DNA of 32,000 bases from the NCBI RefSeq assembly GCF_018398935.1, contig NZ_CP074694.1:300001-332000 (forward strand), given 5' to 3'. Source of the DNA: Telmatocola sphagniphila. GTDB lineage: Bacteria > Planctomycetota > Planctomycetia > Gemmatales > Gemmataceae. The position numbers were made by a program, and so were the translations under genes. Below are positions 24,558 to 31,845 of the stretch, in pieces; positions within the stretch are counted from its first letter, which is position 1; every line of letters starts with the position of its first letter. Below the pieces are notes generated by a model, which made no database searches, was not told the origin of the DNA, and saw only the letters and a program-made list of their open reading frames with translations.

Positions 24558-26477
24558 TTACGCATTAGCCAAACTTTGCTGGCATCGAAATAGGCAATGG
24601 GTGATTCTTGCAAGCGAATCTTCCGAGGTGCAATAGGGCGGAAGAGCATAGAGAACATTCCCCAACGGCCGCAGCAGCACCCCTTCTTCCAGACAGATCT
24701 GCCGAAGCTTTCGACCGACTTCCGCGAGGTAACCGCCAGGCGTATCGAACTCGACGGCGGCGATCGTTCCTTGAATTCGAAATTCTTTTACGGCTTTGGC
24801 CTTTGCCAGGGACACGAGGTTTTGTCTCCAGTAGCTTTCGATAAAACCCGCCTGCTTCTTCCAATTGCCCTTCAACAGCAGCGACCAGTTCTTACAAGCA
24901 ATCGAACAGGCGAGGGGATGAGCCGTGAAGGAATGCCCGTGGAAGAAGGTTTTCGTACGATCCGGGGTCTGGAACAGGGCGACAATCGATTGGTCTACGA
25001 TTGTAGCTGCCAGGGACAGAATTCCTCCCGCGAGCGTCTTGGCGGCACAAATCAAATCGGGTCGAATCCCGGCCTGCTCGTGAGCCCACAACGTCCCCGT
25101 TCGGCCGCCGCCCGTCATCACTTCATCGGCTATGAAGTAGACGCCGTGCCTGCGGGTGACTTCAAAAATCGCTTTGAGCTCCTGCGGTGAATGCATCTGC
25201 ATTCCGCCAGCCCCCTGAACCAGCGGTTCGATCAGCACTCCCGCGACTTCTTTCGAATGAGTCGTTAATGCGGCGTCTAAACTCTCCGACGAGACGGGTA
25301 TCTGAATCGTGCGGAACAAAAGGGGTTCGAAGCGTCCGAAGAAGGTCGGATCCCGGCCGATAGACATAGCGCCAAAGGTGTCGCCGTGGTAACTGTTTTC
25401 AAAGCCTATGAAGAGTTGTCGCTGTGGTTCGCCGCGGTGGCACCAGGCCTGATAGGCCAGTTTCAAAGCCACCTCCACGGCCGTGCTGCCATTGTCGGAA
25501 TAGAACACGCGGCCGCTCTCCCAGTTCAGCGATTGCAACAGCAACTCGGCAAACTGCACTGCCGGTTCATGGGTGGCCCCCGCGAACAGGACGTGATCCC
25601 ACTTGGCTTCGGCCTCGCGCAACGCTTGCATTAACGGCGGGTGCCGATGGCCGTGCAGAATGGTCCACCAGGAAGAGATACCGTCAATCAGTCGTCGACC
25701 ATCCGGGAGGTGAATGAATTCCGCATCGACTGACTCTACTGCCAGCGGTTCCTGCGGATCGGCGAGCGAGGTGTAGGGATGCCAGATCACCTGCCGATCG
25801 CGTTCGATTAAGCGGGGGTCAGATGAGTCGTTTGTTCGTTCATTCAATTCGAGCAACTTCGCCAGCTTGGCCTTCTGAGCTGCAACGGCTTGCTGCAACG
25901 ACTCCGCCGTCCATTCGTCTGAAGGCATCTGAAGATTCAGGACTAATAACTCGGGGCAGTACTTTCGAATCTGTTCTTCCGCAAAAGGATCGGCGGGACC
26001 GACAAGAACCACAGCTGCCAAAGGAGAGTTCTGAGAATCGAGTGCGATTTTCGTTTGAATCGTTCGACCAATCGCACCGACTGCAGACGAGGTGATGAGA
26101 AATCGTGGCAGATCCAAATGTCGAAGGACTTCGAATTGCAAGTGGTTTTCGTCGTAAGAAGAAAACGGCCCCCCGAAGGTTTCGATGAGCAGGGGCTTCG
26201 TCGTTTTCGGCAGGGCGTCTCGAAGCTGCTGTAGGGAAGGTAAAATCTGCCCAGCGTTCCTTGCGGCCAGCAGTGGAGCCACCGCTTCCTCGAAATGCAT
26301 CAGGGAGGCATGAACTGTGGCTTGAGGCACCAAAGCTTTGATTCGGCCGCTATCGGGTGCGCCCGTTTCAACGGGTTTCCAGTAATCGAACCGATCGGCG
26401 AACGCTGTCAGAAACGCCAGGCTGAAAGCCGTTTTGCCCGCATCGGTGTCGGTGCCCAGAACGATGAAGCCTCTCAT
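24558..26477 (-). CDS. bioD-bioA: Bifunctional dethiobiotin synthetase (N-terminal) / adenosylmethionine-8-amino-7-oxononanoate aminotransferase (C-terminal) fusion
   Basis: The N-terminal ~200 aa has MRGFIVLGTDTDAGKT and YWKPVETG (BioD P-loop pattern). From about residue 225 come IWHPYT, DEVMTGGGRTGTLWAHE and the PLP-lysine context ICAAKTLAGG (BioA). It is a single uninterrupted 639-aa ORF. Confidence 0.9.
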   Translation of the reverse strand: MRGFIVLGTDTDAGKTAFSLAFLTAFADRFDYWKPVETGAPDSGRIKALVPQATVHASLMHFEEAVAPLLAARNAGQILPSLQQLRDALPKTTKPLLIETFGGPFSSYDENHLQFEVLRHLDLPRFLITSSAVGAIGRTIQTKIALDSQNSPLAAVVLVGPADPFAEEQIRKYCPELLVLNLQMPSDEWTAESLQQAVAAQKAKLAKLLELNERTNDSSDPRLIERDRQVIWHPYTSLADPQEPLAVESVDAEFIHLPDGRRLIDGISSWWTILHGHRHPPLMQALREAEAKWDHVLFAGATHEPAVQFAELLLQSLNWESGRVFYSDNGSTAVEVALKLAYQAWCHRGEPQRQLFIGFENSYHGDTFGAMSIGRDPTFFGRFEPLLFRTIQIPVSSESLDAALTTHSKEVAGVLIEPLVQGAGGMQMHSPQELKAIFEVTRRHGVYFIADEVMTGGGRTGTLWAHEQAGIRPDLICAAKTLAGGILSLAATIVDQSIVALFQTPDRTKTFFHGHSFTAHPLACSIACKNWSLLLKGNWKKQAGFIESYWRQNLVSLAKAKAVKEFRIQGTIAAVEFDTPGGYLAEVGRKLRQICLEEGVLLRPLGNVLYALPPYCTSEDSLARITHCLFRCQQSLANA

Positions 26478-27598
26478 GACCGCGTAGCCTCAACAACGGC
26501 GTCGGCTACCCGCCTCAAGCTTTCCGGATCGTGATCGGCATGAATCGAGATTCTCAGTCGGGCCGTGCCGAGTGGAACGCTGGGAGGTCGGATGGCTCGA
26601 ATGTCGAATCCCTGCTCCTGTAACTTGGTAGCTGCCCGCACGGCCTTCGGATCATCGCCCAAAATCACCGGCACCACATACTCGGTCCCCCAGGGATGAA
26701 TACCCTGCGAGATCAGTGCCTCTCGGAACGCATGCGAATTCCGGTGCAACTGCTCTCGGCCAATCGTATCCGCCTTCACGCGCTCGATGGCCGCCAGCCA
26801 CCAACTCCCGATGGCCGGAGGCAGGGCCGTAGTGAAAATCAAATGTCGGCAGCGATTGATCAAAAACTTCTTCAGAAGTTCCGATCCTCGGATATAAGCT
26901 CCTGGTACACCGAGGGCTTTACCTCCCGTATGCATCGTGGCAAGCACTCGTTGGGAAAGTCCGGCGGCATCCACACATCCCGAGCCCGAGTCGCCATAGC
27001 AGCCCGTGGAGTGGGCTTCATCAACGATCAGATGCGTGCCATATTTTTCGCAGAGTTCGGCAATCTGTTTGAGAGGGGCTTTATCGCCATCCATGCTGAA
27101 AACCGATTCGGTAATCACAAACATTTCCCGGCCTTCCGGACGTTTGGCCGATTCCGATCTCAACCCTTCTTCCAATTGGTTTAAATCATTGTGGCGATAG
27201 GAGAATTTACGCGGACGGGACAGCCGAAGGCCGTCGATGATGCAGGCATGGTTCAGCTCGTCGGTGGCCACCCAATCGCCTGGCTCGATCACCGTGGAAA
27301 TCAGGCCCTCATTGGCCGCATAACCGCTCGTCATCATGAGGATCGAGCTACCCGAGTGCCAGTTGCTTAGCGCGGCTTCCACCTGATCCCAGATCGCATG
27401 CTGGCCGCGCAGCAATCGCGAGGCCATACCGCTGACGGGGAGCGTTGTTGAGCTGTCCGGGATCGGTAGCCGGCCGTTACCATATCCCAAATAGTCGTTT
27501 GAACTGAAATCGATTCCTGCGGGCAATCGCAGAGATCGGAAACGTCCCTGTTGCGTCAGTTCCTCAAGAATTCCCGTCCATCGGGCCGTCAAACTCAT
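26474..27598 (-). CDS. bioF: 8-amino-7-oxononanoate synthase
   Basis: SNDYLGY, DEAHSTG and the HTGGKALG lysine context are present. It has 4-nt start/stop overlaps with both neighbouring genes. Confidence 0.92.
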   Translation of the reverse strand: MSLTARWTGILEELTQQGRFRSLRLPAGIDFSSNDYLGYGNGRLPIPDSSTTLPVSGMASRLLRGQHAIWDQVEAALSNWHSGSSILMMTSGYAANEGLISTVIEPGDWVATDELNHACIIDGLRLSRPRKFSYRHNDLNQLEEGLRSESAKRPEGREMFVITESVFSMDGDKAPLKQIAELCEKYGTHLIVDEAHSTGCYGDSGSGCVDAAGLSQRVLATMHTGGKALGVPGAYIRGSELLKKFLINRCRHLIFTTALPPAIGSWWLAAIERVKADTIGREQLHRNSHAFREALISQGIHPWGTEYVVPVILGDDPKAVRAATKLQEQGFDIRAIRPPSVPLGTARLRISIHADHDPESLRRVADAVVEATRS

Positions 27599-28539
27599 GT
27601 CGTCAGTGCCCCCGGTTCGGGCAGACCCATCGCTCGGAACAAGGCGGCATCGTCGGAAGCGGACGGGTTGGAAGCCGTCAGCAGTTTGTCGCCGTAGAAA
27701 ACCGAATCGGCCCCGGCCAGGAAGCAGAGGACCTGCATTTCCTTATTCATCCGATCCCGACCGGCACTCAGCCGAACACGCGAGGTCGGGAACGCGATGC
27801 GAGCGGTGGCGATGAGTCGAACGATTTCCAGGGAATCGACAGAGGGGGCCATCTCCAATGGCGTGCCGCGCTGCGGCATCAGGCAGTTGATGGGAACGCT
27901 TTCCGGTGGAGTTTCGAGATTCGCCAGATCGACCAGCATAGAGAGACGATCATCTTCGGACTCTCCCATGCCGACGATGCCTCCGCTACAAACGCTGATC
28001 CCAGCCTTGGAAACCGCCTTGAGCGTTTCCAGTCGATCGTCGTAGGTGCGGGTGCTGATGATTTCGGGATAGTGTCGGCGCGAGGTATCGAGATTGTGAT
28101 TGTAAGCGGTGAGTCCCGCTTCTTTCAGTCGCCGGGCTTGATCTTCGCTGAGCATGCCGAGCGTGACGCAGGCTTCCATGTCGAGCTTGCGAACTTCCTT
28201 GACCATTTCCAGAACGCGGTCAAACTCGGGGCCATCCTTCGGGGCTCGCCAGGCGGCTCCCATGCAAAACCGGCTGGCTCCAGTGGCCTTGGCCTGCTCG
28301 GCCTTTTCGCGTACCTCGGCCACAGTCAGGAGCGGTTGACGATCCACTGGCGTGTCGTAGTGAGCACTTTGGCTACAGTACTTGCAGTCTTCCGGGCAAC
28401 CGCCCGTTTTGATGCTCAACAGCGCACAGCGTTGAATATCGGAGTGCCCCCGGTTTTGCTTGTGTACCTCAGCCGCTCGCAGAATCAGTTCCGACAACGG
28501 CAGGGAATAGATGGCTTTGAATTCAGCAAAAGTCTTCAT
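27595..28539 (-). CDS. bioB: Biotin synthase (radical SAM)
   Basis: It has CPEDCKYCSQS (CxxxCxxC), and the full-length pattern is BioB-like (YNHNLDTS, CSGGIVGMGE). Confidence 0.95.
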   Translation of the reverse strand: MKTFAEFKAIYSLPLSELILRAAEVHKQNRGHSDIQRCALLSIKTGGCPEDCKYCSQSAHYDTPVDRQPLLTVAEVREKAEQAKATGASRFCMGAAWRAPKDGPEFDRVLEMVKEVRKLDMEACVTLGMLSEDQARRLKEAGLTAYNHNLDTSRRHYPEIISTRTYDDRLETLKAVSKAGISVCSGGIVGMGESEDDRLSMLVDLANLETPPESVPINCLMPQRGTPLEMAPSVDSLEIVRLIATARIAFPTSRVRLSAGRDRMNKEMQVLCFLAGADSVFYGDKLLTASNPSASDDAALFRAMGLPEPGALTT

Positions 28540-28679
28540 GGAATCTTTCTCGTCTCGAAGTCCTTAGTCGGAAAGTATACGAGTGGAAGAACGTGCTAGA
28601 AGAGAGGAATTGAATTTCCTGGCTCATCCCTGGAGGAAATCCGCCCGGCGGAATCGATGATTTTTTCAGGGTTTTGACG

Positions 28680-28738
28680 GAAAGGTCATCAGATCATCAT
28701 TTTTTATATAGTGGAGAACGCCAATTTGATGACCTTTC
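28680..28738. other. 12-bp perfect inverted repeat GAAAGGTCATCA-N35-TGATGACCTTTC inside the presumed bio leader
   Basis: Read directly. There is no flanking U-tract on either strand. The arms resemble those of the hairpin at 13999..14049. Confidence 0.4.
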
Positions 28739-28776
28739 AGCGATTTCCCGGAAGAAAATAGAAGTCCCAGAAAAGG

Positions 28777-28808
28777 GGTAAACGATAGTTGCGACCGGTT
28801 CGTTTACC
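28777..28808 (-). promoter_or_regulatory. BirA-type bio operator candidate GGTAAACGA-N14-TCGTTTACC
   Basis: A 9-bp perfect inverted repeat whose GTAAAC/GTTTAC half-sites resemble, from memory, the E. coli-type bioO (TGTAAACC-N14/15-GGTTTACA). It starts 8 nt downstream of the predicted -10 box on the bioB strand. Confidence 0.5.
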
Positions 28809-28815
28809 GATCAAA

Positions 28816-28844
28816 AATATAACAAAAATCTTGCGAAAATGCAA
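28816..28844 (-). promoter_or_regulatory. Sigma-70 promoter candidate TTGCAT-N17-TATATT (reverse strand) for the bio operon
   Basis: -35 is the complement of 28839..28844 and -10 the complement of 28816..28821, with a 17-nt spacer. It faces bioB and implies a leader of about 270 nt. Confidence 0.5.
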
Positions 28845-29054
28845 CGAAAGTTGACTTTTGAATACTTATTCTCACCAGTCATCGAATGACCTACGCCATC
28901 GGTCTTTTTCCTCTTGCAACAGGGTACACTTGGTGTGTTTTGGAATACGGATGTTTGGCTCCGTTTTGTGAAGCTTCGAGCAAAAAGGGTCTGAGAGGCA
29001 CTTTAACTGCAACATTTAGGGTAAAACCATGAATAATCGTGTAGAGGTGATTCG

Positions 29055-29435
29055 ATGGATGAAATGCTGCTGGTCTTCCTGCCGTTTTTCGGGTTCTTTT
29101 TGATCTTCTTTTTGTGCGCTATGCGTCGTGTTCCTTGCCCGGAATGTGGGACGATTCTGCCGAATTTCTACCCGCCGTCTCAGAAGACCCGTCGAATGTG
29201 GAAATCGGGGGGTTACATTTGCCCAAACTGCGGGTGTGAAGCGAATGCCCGAGGGGAAAAAATTGATCCTGATTCGGTTCCGGAAGAGTTTGCTCAACGC
29301 AAAATTGTTTGGCTGACGCTGGCGTCTTTGGCAGGTGCGCTACTGGTCGCCGGGATCATGTTTCTTCAGCCTTTCCAAGATGCTCCGCCGCCGCCGTTGC
29401 CGGTGGTCGAGGCCCCCCTTCCGGCGCCGCAATGA
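29055..29435 (+). CDS. Small membrane protein: TM helix, CPEC..CPNC zinc ribbon, TM helix, Pro-rich tail
   Basis: The ATG is preceded by GAGGTGA. The sequence runs LLVFLPFFGFFLIFFLCA, then CPECG..(x26)..CPNCG, then WLTLASLAGALLVAGIMFL. Confidence 0.7.
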   Translation: MDEMLLVFLPFFGFFLIFFLCAMRRVPCPECGTILPNFYPPSQKTRRMWKSGGYICPNCGCEANARGEKIDPDSVPEEFAQRKIVWLTLASLAGALLVAGIMFLQPFQDAPPPPLPVVEAPLPAPQ

Positions 29436-29497
29436 TTATCTGTGGGTGGGAAGTGATCCGGCGAGTTAAGAATTTGGGACTGGTGGGATGAGCGGAG

Positions 29498-29519
29498 AGT
29501 TCAAATCCTGTCAGCCCGA
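29498..29519 (+). repeat. Direct repeat copy A (AGTTCAAATCCTGTCAGCCCGA), tRNA T-loop-like
   Basis: It shares AGTTCAA plus the exact 14-mer TCCTGTCAGCCCGA with copy B. Confidence 0.5.
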
Positions 29520-29639
29520 CTATGTTGTGGTGGTATAGCATTCACATTGCACTCGTGATTAAAAGACAAACTGCCTCAACTTCTTCATTGTTGCCTGAAG
29601 GCGATATTTTGCTCATCGAGTAGTTTCTTACCTTCAGCC

Positions 29640-30346
29640 GTGCCTCTGCGAGCTTCGCTCGGTCAATTCGCGCGTCTGAATTGGCCACAACCCATTGGCA
29701 AATTGACAAGATCGATGATTGACGGACTTACCGCGGTCGCTTATTATTCTTGCAATCTGATTAGAGAATCACAAGTGTTCCCAATTAAACGATTCATCGC
29801 AAAACTGTTTGGAATGAAGCCGGAGACATCTCCCATGCCCACGACCAGTCCACCACGTCCAGCCGAATGGAAAAAGACGATAGGCGATCTCGTTCAAGAA
29901 ATGAACGCTGGACTGCACACGGCAATTGGACAACCTGAAATCGACTGGGCGAGGGAATACGAACGCAGTCTAATTTCAGATGGTCTTCGCTATCCTCAAA
30001 AGGGAGACGTCTACGAATCTCTTATAGACCAACCTATTCGATTCATGACCGCGTGGTTTGCTCCGTACACTGGTGGCGGAGAAAGCACGATTTATGCTGG
30101 GGAACGGATCTGGATCGATTCCGCTCCTATTGATGAAAACCCATCGGCATTTATGCATTGCCGATCCACTACGACGAAATGGAAAGGAGGATGGTCCCCG
30201 CTGAGGAACGATCGGCTCCTAATTACGATGGGTTTTATCTGAGCATCAATACCATGCCTCTCCTTCAGAAATACAAGCTTGTCGAGACGGGGCATGGGCA
30301 TAACGTCGAACCAGTCGTTTCACCTGACCACGGCGGCATCGCGTAA
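29640..30346 (+). pseudogene. Orphan gene split by a -1 frame change at an A4C3 run (about 30135..30142)
   Basis: ORF 29640..30242 (frame 3) and ORF 30158..30346 (frame 2, open from 30137) overlap. Joining them at GAAAACCC gives ..GERIWIDSAPIDEN|PIGIYALPIHYDEMERRMVPAEERSAPNYDGFYLSINTMPLLQKYKLVE.., which is more protein-like than either tail alone. The true start is uncertain (ATG at 29814 is possible). Confidence 0.45.
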
Positions 30347-30474
30347 TTTCAGGGTTCATCACCTCACCAGCCGCTGTAGCCGGTGAGAGGGGTCGTTACG
30401 GTCGCCTGCTATTTTCTTCTCATACCAGAAACCGTCTCAGCGCAGCTTCCCAGCCCCGGATACTGGCGCTGAAA

Positions 30475-30501
30475 AGTTCAATACCCGTCCTGTCAGCCCG
30501 A
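30475..30501 (+). repeat. Direct repeat copy B (AGTTCAATACCCGTCCTGTCAGCCCGA)
   Basis: See copy A. The two copies bracket the frameshifted ORF. Confidence 0.5.
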
Positions 30502-30626
30502 TCCTGTTTCAAAATGAGCCCTTCGGCGAAAAATCTCACCCACTTTGTTCGGTAGGCATGAATTGCCTGTCGGACTCGCACGACGCGATCCAAACCAACT
30601 CACTCAAAGACCGGTCTTATTGGCCG

Positions 30627-30655
30627 TTGCTGTGAAATCTATGTTCATTTAGAAT
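30627..30655 (+). promoter_or_regulatory. Sigma-70 promoter candidate TTGCTG-N17-TAGAAT
   Basis: -35 at 30627..30632 and -10 at 30650..30655. The -10 hexamer is the same as in the RRM-gene promoter candidate. Confidence 0.45.
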
Positions 30656-30705
30656 AGTGCAAATTGTTTAAGAAATCCCGAGTTCAGTACCAGAAGGGTG
30701 TTGTT

Positions 30706-31119
30706 GTGCCATTTGAACTCAACAGGATTGATGGAAAGCCGACACTTTCATCCCGACGACCAGAACGCTTTTCGGTAAAGGCTGACGAGGCGATGATCGA
30801 AATGCCTGTGGCGGCAAATCATGAGATCGAGTTATACTTCCCCGCTCCTGATGGGAAAATCGATCCCATATGGTTGAACTTGGCCACCGATCTGATGACC
30901 CATCTCACAGAGATCGATAACGAAGTGCAGCGGATAAGTGCAGAGCAATGGAAGTCGAATGGACTACATTTGCCCAGTACTGACTATGAAGGCGAACTTG
31001 CGTATGTCAAACTGATCGGACCTGACGAAGTTGTGCTCAGGTATTGGGTGATTGGATATAACTCCGAATGGGACGAAGTGTTTTTTTGCGTCCTTGAAAA
31101 GTGGGTCCGAAAGGCATAA
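30706..31119 (+). CDS. Hypothetical protein (137 aa from GTG 30706; the track ORF starts at TTG 30664)
   Basis: AAGGG lies 7 nt before the GTG at 30706. The TTG at 30664 would fall roughly at the predicted transcription start. The family is not recognised. Confidence 0.55.
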   Translation: MPFELNRIDGKPTLSSRRPERFSVKADEAMIEMPVAANHEIELYFPAPDGKIDPIWLNLATDLMTHLTEIDNEVQRISAEQWKSNGLHLPSTDYEGELAYVKLIGPDEVVLRYWVIGYNSEWDEVFFCVLEKWVRKA

Positions 31120-31281
31120 GATACCGATCCAGCCCATTGCATCTGAGTGTGACGGCGATTACCCTTTTTAAGATTCATCAGCTAATCAGTCGCAGAGAAA
31201 GGCAAACTCTTTCATTACGATCATGGTCGTTACCACCCAACCGGTGAGTGATCGCAGATGAAGTTCGGCGGAGTGATTCGG

Positions 31282-31722
31282 ATGGCATTACGTAAGCGTG
31301 GCAAATATTGGTACGGCGACTCGCAAGGAGATATTCGCGATGAACTGAAGCGGTTCGGAAAGCTGAACGGGTACGTCCCCACGCAATTTGCTGACGCACG
31401 CTGCATCTGCGCATGCACTACGTTTCTCCTACGCTCGGACGAGAACGAAGGCGCAGCCGTACGAGTCTGCATTTCCTGCGGAGACGAGCACCCAATTGGA
31501 GACAGCGACGAGTACTTGGCCGAAGCAGATATGCAGGACCACGACTGCGTTTGCGGCGAGAATGCGTTTGAGATTACTGTCGGAGTATCCGTGTATGAGG
31601 ACAGCGACGATGTTCGGTGGCTCTACATCGGTTGCCGCTGTCCCAAGTGCGGCCTGACCGGGTGTTACGGTGATTGGAAGAATGAGTTTATTGACTACCG
31701 GAAACTTCTCGCCCGAGTGTGA
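31282..31722 (+). CDS. Cysteine-rich protein with two CxC...CxxC modules (putative double zinc ribbon)
   Basis: GGAG lies 8 nt before the ATG at 31282; an alternative ATG is at 31258. The modules are CICAC-x18-CISCG and CVCG-x26-CRCPKCG, each followed by an acidic stretch. Confidence 0.65.
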   Translation: MALRKRGKYWYGDSQGDIRDELKRFGKLNGYVPTQFADARCICACTTFLLRSDENEGAAVRVCISCGDEHPIGDSDEYLAEADMQDHDCVCGENAFEITVGVSVYEDSDDVRWLYIGCRCPKCGLTGCYGDWKNEFIDYRKLLARV

Positions 31723-31756
31723 AAGAGCCCACACAGCCGCCTAATCGTCTCGATTG

Positions 31757-31791
31757 TTTCGCAACCTCAAATCCAGCCGCAGGTTGCGAAA
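31757..31791. terminator. Hairpin between convergent genes
   Basis: TTTCGCAACCT (31757..31767) and AGGTTGCGAAA (31781..31791) form an 11-bp perfect stem with a 13-nt loop. Confidence 0.5.
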
Positions 31792-31845
31792 GCGACTGGC
31801 GACGGGATTTGAACTTTCTATTGCGCAAGTTCAACTATCTGTCCG

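Noticed and set aside
28851-28880. TTGACT as a -35 box for the + strand zinc-ribbon membrane gene
   Set aside because: No acceptable -10 hexamer lies at 16-18 nt spacing.
29016-29297. 93-aa reverse ORF overlapping the zinc-ribbon membrane gene
   Set aside because: The + strand ORF has an SD sequence, two clear TM helices and a CxxC pair. The reverse translation is Arg-rich and featureless.
29481-29521. Possible tRNA gene (GAGTTCAAATCC T-loop-like sequence)
   Set aside because: The flanking bases cannot form a T-stem (GAGAG versus CCTGT). No acceptor, D or anticodon arms can be drawn upstream. I treated it as a tRNA-like remnant or repeat only.
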